64,000 nt of DNA from Candidatus Eiseniibacteriota bacterium (GCA_963792585.1 CAWBWI010000001.1:1248001-1312000), one strand, 5' to 3'; numbered from the stretch's first letter, positions 44,315 to 55,626 are shown. Numbers and translations are program-made. The notes: a model not told the origin generated them from the letters alone.

Positions 44315-45994
44315 TCAGTTCCGAACGAGCTTCCGGTACTTGATCCGGTGAGGCTGAAGAGCTTCCGCGCCGAGGCGGCGCTTCTTGTCCTCTTCGTATT
44401 CCTGGAAGTTCCCCTCGAACCAATGGACCCTGCTCTCGTCCTCGAATCCGAGGATGTGGGTCGCGATCCGGTCGAGGAACCAGCGATCGTGACTGATCAC
44501 GACGACGCAGCCGGCGAACTCGATGAGAGCCTCCTCGAGGGCGCGCAGCGTGTCGACGTCGAGGTCGTTCGTCGGCTCGTCGAGGAGCAGCAGGTTTCCG
44601 CCGCTCTTCAAGAGCTTGGCGAGATGGACACGGTTCCGCTCGCCGCCGGACAGGTCGCCGACCTTCTTCTGCTGGTCGGATCCCTTGAAGCCGAACCAGG
44701 CGCAGTAGGCCCGGCTGTTCACCTCGCGCTTGCCGAGGGGAACCACGTCGCTCCCCCCCGAGATCTCCTGCCAGACCGAATTGGCCGGGGCGAGCGCGTC
44801 CCGCACCTGGTCCACATAGGAAATCGAGACGGTCTCCCCCACCTTGAGGACCCCCGAATCGGGATGCTCCTGGCCCACGATCATGCGAAAGAGGGTCGTC
44901 TTGCCGGCCCCGTTGGGACCGATCACGCCGACGATGCCGCCCTTGGGCAACGAGAAGCTCATCCCGTCGACCAGGAGTCGATCGCCGAATCCCTTCCTGA
45001 CGTCCTCTGCCACGACGACGACATCGCCGAGTCGGGGTCCCGGCGGGATCACGATTTCAGCCGTCTGCTCCTGCTTCTCCATGTCCTGATTGAGCAGCTC
45101 TTCGTAAGCGGATAGGCGTGCCTTTCCTTTCGCCTGGCGCGCGCGCGGACTCATCCGCACCCACTCGAGTTCCCGGCTGAGGGTGCGCAAGCGCTTCGTC
45201 TCGGCCTTCTGCTCGTTGCGCAGGCGCTCCTCTTTCTGTTGGAGCCAGGAGGAGTAGTTGCCCTCCCAGGGGATGCCGTGGCCGCGGTCGAGTTCGAGGA
45301 TCCAGCCGGCGACGTTGTCGAGGAAGTAGCGGTCGTGCGTGACGGCGACGATTGTCCCGGGGAAGTCCTTCAAGTGCTGCTCCAGCCAGGCGACCGACTC
45401 GGCGTCGAGGTGGTTCGTCGGCTCGTCCAGTAGCAGCAGATCCGGCTGTTGCAGGAGGACGCGGCAAAGGGCCACGCGACGGCGTTCGCCGCCGGAGAGG
45501 TTCGTCACCTCCGCGTCTCCGGGAGGGCAGCGCAACGCGTCCATCGCGATCTCGATCTTCCGGTCCAGTTCCCAGCCTTCCCCGTGCTCGATCTTCTCCT
45601 GGACATCCCCCTGCTCCTGGATCAGGCGATCCATCTCCTCCGGCTCCATCGGCTCCGCGAAACGGGCGCTGATCTCCTCGAAGTGCCGCAGGAGGTCTCG
45701 CATCTCGGAGACTCCCTCTTCGATGTTCTCCTTCACCGTCTTCGCAGGGTCGAGCACCGGCTCTTGCGGGAGGTAGGCGATCTTGATGTCGGGACCGGGC
45801 GTGGCCTCGCCGAGATGGGCCGTGTCCTCCCCGGCCATGATCCGCAGCAATGAGGACTTGCCCGCGCCGTTGAGGCCGAGCACGCCGATCTTCGCCCCGT
45901 AGAAGAACGAGAGCGAGATGTCGCGCAGCACGACCTTGTCGGGCGGATGGACCTTCCCGACCTTACGCATGGTGAAGATGAACGGACCCGCCAC
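44315..45994 (-). CDS. ettA: Energy-dependent translational throttle protein (ABC-F)
   Basis: [22 protein letters not shown], two NBDs, [26 protein letters not shown]. Confidence 0.97.
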   Translation of the reverse strand: MAGPFIFTMRKVGKVHPPDKVVLRDISLSFFYGAKIGVLGLNGAGKSSLLRIMAGEDTAHLGEATPGPDIKIAYLPQEPVLDPAKTVKENIEEGVSEMRDLLRHFEEISARFAEPMEPEEMDRLIQEQGDVQEKIEHGEGWELDRKIEIAMDALRCPPGDAEVTNLSGGERRRVALCRVLLQQPDLLLLDEPTNHLDAESVAWLEQHLKDFPGTIVAVTHDRYFLDNVAGWILELDRGHGIPWEGNYSSWLQQKEERLRNEQKAETKRLRTLSRELEWVRMSPRARQAKGKARLSAYEELLNQDMEKQEQTAEIVIPPGPRLGDVVVVAEDVRKGFGDRLLVDGMSFSLPKGGIVGVIGPNGAGKTTLFRMIVGQEHPDSGVLKVGETVSISYVDQVRDALAPANSVWQEISGGSDVVPLGKREVNSRAYCAWFGFKGSDQQKKVGDLSGGERNRVHLAKLLKSGGNLLLLDEPTNDLDVDTLRALEEALIEFAGCVVVISHDRWFLDRIATHILGFEDESRVHWFEGNFQEYEEDKKRRLGAEALQPHRIKYRKLVRN

Positions 45995-46067
45995 AAGGAC
46001 CTCCTGCTCATTTGTCGATCGGCCGGACCAGAGGAGATCCTAGCGCGTTCGTGCGCATGTTGCGCCG

Positions 46068-47747
46068 GTGGAATCCCGCCGCCAGGGCTTCCGACGTCGA
46101 GCCGGTGAGCGCTCCCCGCCATGGCTTGCGGGGTTCGGGGGGGAATCGGTACCCTCCGCCATCGTGGAAGCGATTCGATCATCCCGCAGCGGCTGGTACC
46201 TCGCGGCCGGAATCGCCATCGTGGACCTCATCGTGCGCCTGCTCGTCGCACTGCGACCCCTCGAATACATCGACGGCATGACGGTTCCTGATGATGCCTA
46301 CATCTCGCTAACGATCGCCCGAAACATCGCCCGCGGGCTCGGGCCCCTCTTCGGGACGGCCCACACGAACGGCTTCCAACCCCTGTATGTCTTTCTCGCC
46401 GCTCCGTTCTTCCGCTGGTTCCCGGGAAACCCCGAGACCCCGGTGCACGCCGCACTTGTGCTCCTGTGCATCCTGGATGCGGTAGCGCTCCTTTTGCTCT
46501 GCCGATTCCTGACAAGGATAGGTCGCTCTTCGCTCGCGCTCCTTGCCTTGGGGACGGTCTGGGTCTTCAATCCCTACGCGGTGAAGACGACGGTGAACGG
46601 GTTGGAGACATCCATGTCGGTCGCGGCGCTCGCGGCGACACTGCTCGCATTCACCCATTACAGAGCGGCCCCGACAGCGCGTGAGGACGCCCGGCGTGCG
46701 CTCCTGCTTGGGTTCTGCGCCGGGGTGGCGATCCTGGCCCGGATCGACAACGTCTTCCTGCTTCTCGCGATCTGGCTTCTCGTCCTTTCGAGGCACTCGC
46801 GACCTTGGGCTCCGCGCCGGCTCATTCGAGCGACCCTTCTCATCGCCGCGCCGGCGATCCTGGTCAATATTCCTTGGTGGATCTACTCGTTGCACTACAC
46901 CGGAGATGTCTTTCCGATCAGCGGCAAAGCGGTGCGGTACCAGTCCCTCGCGCTCGTGGACCACGCACCGACGCTCGGAAACTGGTATCTACCCCTGCTC
47001 GGCCGGTCGCTCAAGATCCTGCTCTTCGGGAACCGGGTGGCGATCGCGGGTGGTCTGATCCTCGGCCTCCTCCTCATCGTGCGGGAGGGACGCTCGGGGC
47101 TCGCGGCGGCGGCTTCATGGCTGCGAGAGCTTTCTCCCCTGGCGTGGCACGCTCTCTTCCTCGTCCTCGCTTACTCCCTCTTCGTCTTCACGCCATGGTT
47201 TTTCCCGCGATACCTCGCTCCGACGATGGCCTTCTTCGCGCTCGGCTTCGCGTGCATGGCCGATGGATTCCGGTCACGGATCGCCAATCCGCAGACCCGG
47301 CAGACGTTCGCAATCCTGCTGCTCGTCCTGGCCGCGGCCCTCAATTTCGGTCGCAGCGAATTCCGCCAGTTCTACACATCGAAGGACAACGTGACGCAGG
47401 GGTACATGAATCTGGGTCTTTGGGCGCGCCAGCAGTTCCCGGACGGCACCCGGATCGGGAGCATGCAGAGCGGCGCACTCGCCTACTTCGCGGACAATCT
47501 CACGGTCATCAATCTGGACGGCGTCGTGAACCGCCCATGTTACGACATGCTGGTGCGCAAGCAGGGCATCGAGTACATCCGCGAGAGCGGAACGCAGTAT
47601 GTGGTCGATTGGCTCGAGAACATCGAACACCTTCGAAAGGAATCGGCGTCATGGCGCGAGGACGATCTGATCCCGCTTGGCCGGATCGACGGCTTCGGGA
47701 CCTGGCGTCACAACTGGTTTCTCTTCAGGGTGAATGATCGCCGCTGA
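46068..47747 (+). CDS. Polytopic membrane protein, probable GT-C glycosyltransferase
   Basis: DDAYI...IARNIA.G.G..F....TNGFQPL, NGLET, ARID, RY, NLDGVVN. Start uncertain. Confidence 0.7.
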   Translation: MESRRQGFRRRAGERSPPWLAGFGGESVPSAIVEAIRSSRSGWYLAAGIAIVDLIVRLLVALRPLEYIDGMTVPDDAYISLTIARNIARGLGPLFGTAHTNGFQPLYVFLAAPFFRWFPGNPETPVHAALVLLCILDAVALLLLCRFLTRIGRSSLALLALGTVWVFNPYAVKTTVNGLETSMSVAALAATLLAFTHYRAAPTAREDARRALLLGFCAGVAILARIDNVFLLLAIWLLVLSRHSRPWAPRRLIRATLLIAAPAILVNIPWWIYSLHYTGDVFPISGKAVRYQSLALVDHAPTLGNWYLPLLGRSLKILLFGNRVAIAGGLILGLLLIVREGRSGLAAAASWLRELSPLAWHALFLVLAYSLFVFTPWFFPRYLAPTMAFFALGFACMADGFRSRIANPQTRQTFAILLLVLAAALNFGRSEFRQFYTSKDNVTQGYMNLGLWARQQFPDGTRIGSMQSGALAYFADNLTVINLDGVVNRPCYDMLVRKQGIEYIRESGTQYVVDWLENIEHLRKESASWREDDLIPLGRIDGFGTWRHNWFLFRVNDRR

Positions 47748-47838
47748 TCCGGAGCCGTTCCCCTGCCGGCCGGCGTGAGACGCGATCGCCTGCCTGCTGA
47801 AGAGGGAAGCGCCCCGTAGGGACGTGGCCCTGCCTATC

Positions 47839-48372
47839 TCAGTTCGTCGAGAACCACAATCGGTCAGGGAGCACCGTCCAGACCGTGACCCGGACCTTCT
47901 TCCACGGCTCGGCCTGCGGATCGACGGACGAGATTGCCATCTGAATCGACAGCCCCTGGTCCATCATCATCGCGATCGGCTGGTTGCACCCGCGCGGCAA
48001 ATAGCCGATCCGGGCCCCCTCGCTCGAGTAGAGGGCGACCGCCCAGCAATCGTACGGATTCCCGCTCTCACGAATAGGCACGAGGGCGGCCCCGACCTCG
48101 AGCCGCCGCAGAACCTTCGGGTGCATCCCGTGGTGGTGTTGGAACCCGGCAACGAAGACGGAGGCGAGGATCACCAGATGCTCGGGGCAGAAGGGAGCCG
48201 GACTGTCCGTGCCGGAAGCGGACGAAGCGGAGGCTCCGTCATCTCCCCGAGAAGCCGGCCGTGCGCCGGTCCCTTCCCCGAGTCGGTCCCCCGCTCCCGT
48301 CGACGGTCGCGCCGCGTCTGCGGCCTTCCGATTCTCTACAAGACGACGCCACCGCTCGTTCTCTTGATCCAT
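47839..48372 (-). CDS. Stand-alone HIRAN domain protein
   Basis: VAGFQHH, L..IRESGNPYD.WAVALY...G.RIGYLPR..N..IA.MMD.G. Confidence 0.85.
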   Translation of the reverse strand: MDQENERWRRLVENRKAADAARPSTGAGDRLGEGTGARPASRGDDGASASSASGTDSPAPFCPEHLVILASVFVAGFQHHHGMHPKVLRRLEVGAALVPIRESGNPYDCWAVALYSSEGARIGYLPRGCNQPIAMMMDQGLSIQMAISSVDPQAEPWKKVRVTVWTVLPDRLWFSTN

Positions 48373-48423
48373 TGATACCCTCCCTCATGCCATGTTGCGG
48401 GGATCACAAGGGAAGGGTACCGG

Positions 48424-48456
48424 GCGGGGGGTGACATCCGTTAACACCCCCCCCGC
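48424..48456 (-). terminator. Hairpin downstream of the propeller gene
   Basis: GCGGGGGGTG...CACCCCCCCCGC. Confidence 0.45.
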
Positions 48457-48482
48457 GCGCAGGCCGGCGGATGGGACCCGAA

Positions 48483-49970
48483 TCAGCGTGCCAGGGTCAG
48501 CTTCCCCGTCTGCGTCGCCGATCCGGTCAGCAATCGGTAGTAGTAGACTCCGTCTGCTAGGCCATCCGTGTCGAACTCCACGGTCTTTCTCCCCGGTCCT
48601 TGCACCTCGTTCACGAGGAGCCCGACGGTGCGTCCCGTCACGCCATGGACTTGGAGCGAGACGTGGGCCCGCGCGGGGATGGTATAGGCAATTGTCGTCC
48701 ACGCCTTGCAGGGGTTCGGGGAGTTCTGTTCGAGAATCGTCACCTTCGTGTCGACGCCCTCGACATCCGGCGCCGCCGCGGACGCAGCCTGGTTCAGCCT
48801 GGCCGTGGAGCCGCCGACCACGAAGACGCTCAAATCCGATCCGAGGATGATGGCATTGGCGTAGCTGCCGGGCGTGGTCGCCGTCCAGGCGGAAGAACCA
48901 TCGCTGTTCACCTTGCAGACCGCCATCTCCGTCAGCGTGCCGGCGGCGAGATAGATGTTGTCGAGCGGATCCATCACCAAGTGCGCGTGCATGAGAAGGG
49001 CGTACGGACCGTCCGCATTCGGATTCGTCCATACGATGTCGCCGTTTCCATCGGTCTTCAGAAAGGACGCGCCCCCCGATCCCTGGTTGGGGAACCCACA
49101 GATGACAGGCTGATTGTCGCTACCGACTTCAACGCGGAAGGCGGCCAGGTCGTAGACCCGCGACCAGAGGAGGCTGCCGGATGGCGAGATCTTCTTGAGC
49201 TCGGTCCCGCCGTTGAACACATACTCGGCGTGGACGAGGTAGGTGTTGCCGAAAGCGTCTCCATCGGCGTCACCCACCGTAACGCTGTTCACTCCCGGGA
49301 AGCTCCAGACCTTGTTTCCGCTCCGGTCGATCTTCGCGTACCCGTTGACGCTCCCGAAGATGGCCCGGGCGGCGATGACGATGCCGCTATCGGGTGAGAA
49401 CTTGAAGTTGACCGGCGCGCCGATCCCATCCCCATCGAAGTACGACCACACGGCCGTCCCATCGGGGGCGAACTTCTTGACCTTGGTGACAAAGCCCGAC
49501 TGCCCGCTCCCCATGCCGAGGACGTAGATGTTGTCCTCTTCGTCGACAAGACACTTCTTCGTGTAGCTGCCGTCGAACGAGTTTTCGTAGACCACCCGCC
49601 ACACGAGGTCGCCGGACGGATTGAACTTCATCAGGATGGATGCCGCGTTGACCGGGTTCGAGTATCCCGACATCAGGGTGCCCGTCACGAGGATGTTGTT
49701 CTGGTGATCCGTCGCGACCCAGGTGGCCTTCTCCCAATTGCTGTTGCTCGTCTGGTCGAACTTCGCTTCCCACTGAAACGCGCCGTCGGCGTTTCGCTTG
49801 GTCAGGAGGATGTCCCCCGCAGGATTGTAGTCATAGCTGACGGTGTAGACGTTCGCCGCGGAGTCCAGGGCCACGGACACGCCCTCCGTGTCCACAACCC
49901 AGTCGACACTGACCTGCCCAAGCGCGGCCACCGGAAGCATCAGAACCGCCAGCACAATCGCAATCTTCAA
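48483..49970 (-). CDS. Secreted beta-propeller protein with T9SS/FlgD-like C-terminal domain
   Basis: Repeats ALD..ANVY, D..NNI.V.G, K.D.NG...W; LEQNSPNP...TTI.Y.IP, GVYYYRL. TTG start after GGAGG. Confidence 0.8.
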   Translation of the reverse strand: MKIAIVLAVLMLPVAALGQVSVDWVVDTEGVSVALDSAANVYTVSYDYNPAGDILLTKRNADGAFQWEAKFDQTSNSNWEKATWVATDHQNNILVTGTLMSGYSNPVNAASILMKFNPSGDLVWRVVYENSFDGSYTKKCLVDEEDNIYVLGMGSGQSGFVTKVKKFAPDGTAVWSYFDGDGIGAPVNFKFSPDSGIVIAARAIFGSVNGYAKIDRSGNKVWSFPGVNSVTVGDADGDAFGNTYLVHAEYVFNGGTELKKISPSGSLLWSRVYDLAAFRVEVGSDNQPVICGFPNQGSGGASFLKTDGNGDIVWTNPNADGPYALLMHAHLVMDPLDNIYLAAGTLTEMAVCKVNSDGSSAWTATTPGSYANAIILGSDLSVFVVGGSTARLNQAASAAAPDVEGVDTKVTILEQNSPNPCKAWTTIAYTIPARAHVSLQVHGVTGRTVGLLVNEVQGPGRKTVEFDTDGLADGVYYYRLLTGSATQTGKLTLAR

Positions 49971-50231
49971 GAGTTCCTCCCCAGTTTCATCCCTCGGTCC
50001 ATCCATTCAGGTTGCTCTCTAGAGCAGTGACGCATTTGGGAGCTTTGATACATGGCGAAATTCGCAACACTTCCACGGCGCGAGAGCCCGTTCGTGGCCC
50101 ACGGGCAGGCGCATCCCCGGGTACCGGGTGCCCTGGTCGTGATCAGGGTCGTCGACGCGGTCGTTGTTGAATCGCCCGGCCGGGCGCACGGAAGTCACAG
50201 TTGGGACGCCAAGGGGCGTCCCCCCTCGAAG

Positions 50232-51233
50232 CTAGTCGATCTTCACGATCTTTCGGTGGAATCGGGTCACGACCGTGGGATCGGGATAGAGCGTTGTGGT
50301 CGCCTCCGCCTTGCCGCCGTAGTCGAACAGGCTTAGAACGTAGCGGATGCTCTCGAGTCGCGCCAACTTTTTGTTGTTTGCACGGACGATCACCCACGGA
50401 CTGAACGAGGTATGGGTCCGGCTGAACATCTGCTCCTTGTACAGCGTGTAGGTATCCCACAGCTCCTGGGCCCGTTCGTCGATGGGGCTCAGCTTCCACT
50501 GCTTGAGCGGATTGGCGCGCCGCGCCTCGAAGCGGCCGAGTTGCTCCTCCCGTGAGATGGAGAACCAGAACTTGATGATGGCGACGCCGTCCTCATAGAG
50601 CATGTGCTCGAATTCCGGCACCTGCTGCATGAACCGCTCGTATTCGGCTTGGGTGCAGAAGCCGTTGACCGGTTCGACGACGGCGCGGTTGTACCAGCTC
50701 CGGTCGAAGAAGACGATCTCGCCTGGATTCGGCAGCTGCTTCGCGTATCGCTGGAAGTACCACTGGCCGCGCTCTTCTTCCGTCGGCTTCGGCAACGCCA
50801 CGACACGCATCGCGCGTGGATTGAGGTGCTCGATGAAGCGCCGGATCGTACCGCCCTTGCCGGCGGCGTCGCGTCCTTCGAGAACGACGGCGATCCGCTT
50901 CCCATTCCCTTGCACCCATCTCTGCAGCTTCACCAACTCGATCTGCAGCGCTTCCAGCTCCTCGTCATAGTGCAGGACCTGGAGGACTCCCTTGAGCTTC
51001 ACCTGTCGCTCGCGGAGGAGCGCGATCAACCCTGCCTTGGTGTTCACGCGGGAGAGGTCGTCCTCCGTCAGTACGACCCCGGAATCCCCGATCGCGCGCT
51101 TGTGGTCCTTCGTGCGCGGGTCCGGGATCTCGGACGCTTGGTCCCTTCCCGTTCGAACGAGCTTCGGCCCCGATGCGGGGGCGGCAGCCGCCCGATCGGT
51201 CGGCTTCCGCACGGCATTCCCACGACCCTTCAT
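50232..51233 (-). CDS. ppk2: Polyphosphate kinase 2
   Basis: EGRDAAGKGG, WYFQRY, FDRSWYNRA, KQWKLSPID. Confidence 0.95.
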   Translation of the reverse strand: MKGRGNAVRKPTDRAAAAPASGPKLVRTGRDQASEIPDPRTKDHKRAIGDSGVVLTEDDLSRVNTKAGLIALLRERQVKLKGVLQVLHYDEELEALQIELVKLQRWVQGNGKRIAVVLEGRDAAGKGGTIRRFIEHLNPRAMRVVALPKPTEEERGQWYFQRYAKQLPNPGEIVFFDRSWYNRAVVEPVNGFCTQAEYERFMQQVPEFEHMLYEDGVAIIKFWFSISREEQLGRFEARRANPLKQWKLSPIDERAQELWDTYTLYKEQMFSRTHTSFSPWVIVRANNKKLARLESIRYVLSLFDYGGKAEATTTLYPDPTVVTRFHRKIVKID

Positions 51234-51460
51234 TCTCGTATTCTCCAGAGGCGCACGCTCGGCGCCCGGCCTCTACGTATCCATCGCCAACATGGACTCT
51301 CCCCATCTCGCAATCGACTGCCGACGGGAACATATTGAGATCTATCGTGATCGGCGCCGGGCGGATGACGAGCGCGTCCCGGTATTGCGATCGATTGCGA
51401 TGAGACGCGTGAAGGCAGGCTTGGGGCCTGCCCCCGCGTGAACTGCGGCTACGGACGGGC

Positions 51461-53653
51461 TTATCGGCTAAGCACGACCTTGGCAGCCTTCGCGGATCGG
51501 TCCGTCGAGAAGCGGATGAAATAGACGCCGTCGGGGGCGCGGCGTCCCGCTCCGGTCGCACCGTCCCACACGATCGTCCCCGCGACGGCGCCGTCGCCCC
51601 TGCCTTGTTCGAGGACGGCAACGCGCCGTCCCTGGGCGTCGAGCACATCGCAGCGCAATGCGCCCGGACGCGGGAGGCTGTACTCGACCTCGACCTTCGG
51701 GCCCAGTGTCCCGCGCACGCGTAGCGCGATGTCCCCCCGATCGCCGCCCGGCGAAAGCGGATCCCCCGCCGCTGCGGGGTCGATGCGCGTCACCTTCATG
51801 ATGACGGCGCTGCCTCCTCCGACCCAGAAGCCGTCCGCGACCGGGTAGAGACAGGAGCCGGCGGTCGTGGAGGGAAGCACGATGGAATCCCAGGTCGCCC
51901 CTCCATCCTCGGTGACGAAGATCGTCCCATCGTGGTGCCAGCTGTCGCGGGTCGCCGCGCCATGGAGCGCGTCGGAGAATGCCAGGTCATAGGCGTTCTC
52001 GGACCAGACGCGCGTCCAGGATCCGCCCCCGTTGGTGGTGCGGTAGATCCCTCCGCTGTTGTAGACCGCGGCCAGCCCCACAAGGGAATCATGCCAGTGG
52101 ATCTGCCATGTCCACGATGGAAGACCGGTGACGCCGATCGCCGCCCACGAGGCTCCGCCGTCGGTGGTCTTGAACATCCTGGGACTGCCGCCTGTGTAGC
52201 CCGACGCGAATCCGAGGTTCTCATCGACAAATGAAATCCCCGTGAGCCCACCGGAGGAGGGGATTCCGTTGCTCCTCTGCTCCCAGGTCACTCCGTAGTC
52301 CGTCGTTCGATAGACGCGGGACTGCGTCTGCCCCGTCACGGCCGCGAATGCGATGCCGGCCGCGGGGACCGACAAATTGAACGCCCTTCCATTCGTTGGG
52401 TTGTTCGGAATCGCGACGGGAAGCCAGTTCTGACCGCCGTTCGTGGTTCGCCACATTTGACCGTAGTCTCCGGCGACGACGGCCCGGTCCGCGTCCCAGT
52501 ACTCGATCGCCTGGGTGAATGCGATCTGCGGGCCCGTCGGGTCCTCGGACCAGGTCGCGCCGCCGTCATCGGTGTGAAACCAATGCAGGGGTGGCGATGT
52601 GTCGGTGCCCGCGGCACCCTGTCCGCTCGGCCCCACGCCGATCGCGCCGATCTCTCCCCGCAGTCCGGTGACCGCCGTGTGCGTCGCGTTGCTCCAGGTC
52701 GCGCCGGCATCGGACGAGCGGAAGGCGTCTCCTTCGTCGGAGACGGCCACCATGGCTCCGTCGGGGAGCAGGTCGATGTCGAGGAATCCGCCACCGCCCG
52801 CCTGAAGCGAGACATCCCAGTTGTGCCCGCCGTCCGTCGTCTCGAAGATCGAGGCACCCTCGAGATTCGTCACGACAAACCAGTGGTCCGCGGAAAGCAG
52901 GGCGACATTCCCCATGTAGACGACGTTGGAGGCCGGGAACTCGTCGGCCCAGGTCGCGCCTGCGTTCGTCGTGCGCCAGATCGCGAAGTCACTCAGGATG
53001 ACACCGTGTTGCGCGTCCGTGAAGAAGACTTCATTGAAGATCTGGTTGTCCGGTACCCCGCTGAGAGGCAACCAGGTCTGACCACCGTTGGTCGTGCGTC
53101 GCGCGAGGAAGGAGCCGAGGACGTAGCCGTTGGACGGATCGAGCCAGAGCTGCTCATGCAGATCTTGCGCGCCTGGAGACGCGAGCATGGTCCAGGTCAC
53201 TCCTGCGTCGGTCGAGCGAAGGACTTGTCCGTCGTCCCCCGCTGCGCAGAGGATGGTGCTCGAGACCCGCTCGAGGTCGTTGAGTGTTCCGGTGGAGGGA
53301 TTCGTCACGGGCGACCACGACGCTCCCGAATCGGCCGAGCGGAAGACCCCGGGGGAAGCGCCGACGGCCAGAAGCTCTCCTGAGCCGAGGCTGAGGACAT
53401 CCTGCAAGTCGATCGTGAATCCGGGGAACAGATTCCGGCTCACCCACGAGGCGCCCCCATCCGTCGTCACGAGGACCGCGCCACGATCGCCGACAGCCCA
53501 GCCGGTCGCGGCATCCTGGAAGTCCGCGCCCCGCAGGGCATTGCCCTGCGGTGTCGGAAGGGCCCAACTGAATTGGTATTCGGTCGCGGCGGCGGAAGTG
53601 CTGAGGGCCGCGCACGCCAGAACGGCCATCGTGAGAGCGACATGGAACCGCAT
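51461..53653 (-). CDS. Secreted YCF48/BNR (Asp-box) propeller protein with FlgD-Ig-like C-terminus
   Basis: PQGNAL, many T(T/D)(D/N)GG.(T/S)W repeats; LDAQGRRV, WDG....G....GVYFIR. Confidence 0.88.
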   Translation of the reverse strand: MRFHVALTMAVLACAALSTSAAATEYQFSWALPTPQGNALRGADFQDAATGWAVGDRGAVLVTTDGGASWVSRNLFPGFTIDLQDVLSLGSGELLAVGASPGVFRSADSGASWSPVTNPSTGTLNDLERVSSTILCAAGDDGQVLRSTDAGVTWTMLASPGAQDLHEQLWLDPSNGYVLGSFLARRTTNGGQTWLPLSGVPDNQIFNEVFFTDAQHGVILSDFAIWRTTNAGATWADEFPASNVVYMGNVALLSADHWFVVTNLEGASIFETTDGGHNWDVSLQAGGGGFLDIDLLPDGAMVAVSDEGDAFRSSDAGATWSNATHTAVTGLRGEIGAIGVGPSGQGAAGTDTSPPLHWFHTDDGGATWSEDPTGPQIAFTQAIEYWDADRAVVAGDYGQMWRTTNGGQNWLPVAIPNNPTNGRAFNLSVPAAGIAFAAVTGQTQSRVYRTTDYGVTWEQRSNGIPSSGGLTGISFVDENLGFASGYTGGSPRMFKTTDGGASWAAIGVTGLPSWTWQIHWHDSLVGLAAVYNSGGIYRTTNGGGSWTRVWSENAYDLAFSDALHGAATRDSWHHDGTIFVTEDGGATWDSIVLPSTTAGSCLYPVADGFWVGGGSAVIMKVTRIDPAAAGDPLSPGGDRGDIALRVRGTLGPKVEVEYSLPRPGALRCDVLDAQGRRVAVLEQGRGDGAVAGTIVWDGATGAGRRAPDGVYFIRFSTDRSAKAAKVVLSR

Positions 53654-53880
53654 GGACGGAAACCTCCTTTGTTTGGTCGCAGATTCGTTCCAAAACGATG
53701 GCAAGCAGTCGTGCTTGCGGCCGCTCCGATACGAAGCGCGAGAAGGAAAAGAGCGAGCCTAACCTTGTGAGTCCACCTGATATGTCCTACAATTAAGAGG
53801 GTTTTGATCGGCCACCGACTTCGCGAAAGGGTGTGTCGCGGGTGAGGTTGCGCCGGTCCTCACGAAAGGGGTGCACTTCG

Positions 53881-55626
53881 ATGCTTCGCAGAATGTTTGG
53901 CGTTTCCCTGCTCTTGGCGGCCGGCCTGTGGATCGCGTGGGGACCGGTCCACGCACAGGGCTGGACGAACATCCGGCTCAACTCCGACACGTCCACCCAG
54001 TTGCAGAATGAGCAGCAGATCGTCGTCAACCCGACCAATCCGTTGCAGCTCGCCGCTGTCTGGAGGGATTTCCGACTCGGATACAGGCAGATCGGATACG
54101 GCTACTCGACCGATGGCGGGCAGACCTGGACCAACCCCGGCCTGTTCGTCGATCCGCACTATGCGAACGACAGCGATCCGGCTCTGGCCGTCTCGGCGAC
54201 CGGGACCTTCTATGCGATGCTGCTCGCATACACGGGTAACACGAACCTGCCGAACGGAATGCTCTGCTACCGCAGCGTCAACGGCGGCATGACCTGGGAA
54301 GAGCGTGGGTTCGCCATCAACGGCGTCCCGAACGTCTTCGAAGACAAGGAGCTGATCGCATGCGATCGGTCCTTCACACCGCGGCGCGGGCGGCTCTACT
54401 GCGTCTGGGACCGCTTCAATGAGACGAACATCTACTGCGTCGCGAGCGGAGACGAGGGCGCGACCTGGACGCCCGCCGTCCGCGTAAGCAATCAGTCCAG
54501 CAACCAGTTCCCGTGCCCCGCTGTGGGGCCGGACGGGACCCTCTACGTCGCCTGGACGTACTACGGCGGCTACCTGCGGTTGGACAAGTCAACCGACGGC
54601 GGCGCGACGTTCGGCAGCGATGTGAACATCACGAGCATCTACAACCCCGCCCCGACCCTGAACGGCGGCGTTGATGCGATTTGCAGCCCCGCACTGGACG
54701 TCGATATCACGGGCGGCCCATTCAACGGTCGGCTCTACGTGGTCTACCTGAATCGGGTGAACAACGACTACGACATCTACATCCGCCATTCGATCGATCA
54801 CGGCGCGACGTGGTCGACCGCCCGTCGGATCAACGACGACACCGTCAACAACGGGCGCGATCAGTTCCACCCGTGGATGACCGTCGACAACACGGGTACC
54901 CTCTCCGCGGTCTGGCTGGACCGGAGGCAGGACCCCGCGAATCTGCAATGGCACTGCTACATGAGTCAGAGCACCGACGGTGGCATGACCTGGAGCGCGA
55001 ACCAGCAGATCTCCACGATGCCGTCCGACCCTGGTCAGATGATGGCCGGCGGGGCGCCGACGATCGACTACGAGGCGGATCGCGCGGCGAAGATGGCGCG
55101 GGGACCGGTCCTCAAGTCGGGACGGACGGAAGGAGACCAAGCTCTCGAAGAGGACAATCGGCACGGAGATCCCCATAACGATCAGGATCAGGATCAGACG
55201 CGCGCCGGTGTGATCGGTGAGTACATCGGGATCGCGTCCTATGACGGTTATGCGACGCCGGTGTGGACCGACACCCGCAACGGCAATCAGGATACCTATG
55301 CGGCATTCGATGCCGCGGTGATGGCCGTGAACGAGCAGGGAGCGCAGGCGACGGACCACATCCTGGTCGTCGCACCCAACCCGGCGAGCGGTCCGGTGGG
55401 GCTGGCCTATCGGGTACCCAGCGATGGCTGGGTCGGCCTCGAAGTGGTCGACGTCAACGGGCGCAGGGTTCGAACCCTGGTTGCCCGAAATCTCCGCGCC
55501 GGAGACTACCACTTCATCTGGGATCGCACGGACCAGGTGGGGCAGGACGCGGCTGCAGGGACATACTACCTTCGCTATACCGCTCCGGGAGTCGAGAGAA
55601 GCGCCTCGGTTCAGGTGATCCGGTAG
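53881..55626 (+). CDS. Secreted sialidase-like BNR-repeat protein with FlgD-Ig-like C-terminus
   Basis: QNEQQIVVNPTNP, STDGG.TW Asp-boxes, DKE.I..D, IGEYIGI, WTDTRNG; PNP, DVNGRRVRTL, WD..D..G....GTYY. Confidence 0.85.
   Translation: MLRRMFGVSLLLAAGLWIAWGPVHAQGWTNIRLNSDTSTQLQNEQQIVVNPTNPLQLAAVWRDFRLGYRQIGYGYSTDGGQTWTNPGLFVDPHYANDSDPALAVSATGTFYAMLLAYTGNTNLPNGMLCYRSVNGGMTWEERGFAINGVPNVFEDKELIACDRSFTPRRGRLYCVWDRFNETNIYCVASGDEGATWTPAVRVSNQSSNQFPCPAVGPDGTLYVAWTYYGGYLRLDKSTDGGATFGSDVNITSIYNPAPTLNGGVDAICSPALDVDITGGPFNGRLYVVYLNRVNNDYDIYIRHSIDHGATWSTARRINDDTVNNGRDQFHPWMTVDNTGTLSAVWLDRRQDPANLQWHCYMSQSTDGGMTWSANQQISTMPSDPGQMMAGGAPTIDYEADRAAKMARGPVLKSGRTEGDQALEEDNRHGDPHNDQDQDQTRAGVIGEYIGIASYDGYATPVWTDTRNGNQDTYAAFDAAVMAVNEQGAQATDHILVVAPNPASGPVGLAYRVPSDGWVGLEVVDVNGRRVRTLVARNLRAGDYHFIWDRTDQVGQDAAAGTYYLRYTAPGVERSASVQVIR

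Noticed and set aside
53810..53880. Two CGAAAGGG motifs resembling a c-di-GMP-I riboswitch
   Set aside because: Lacks the GGCAAA and GACGCAAAG core, and stems are weak; the second motif is probably the RBS.
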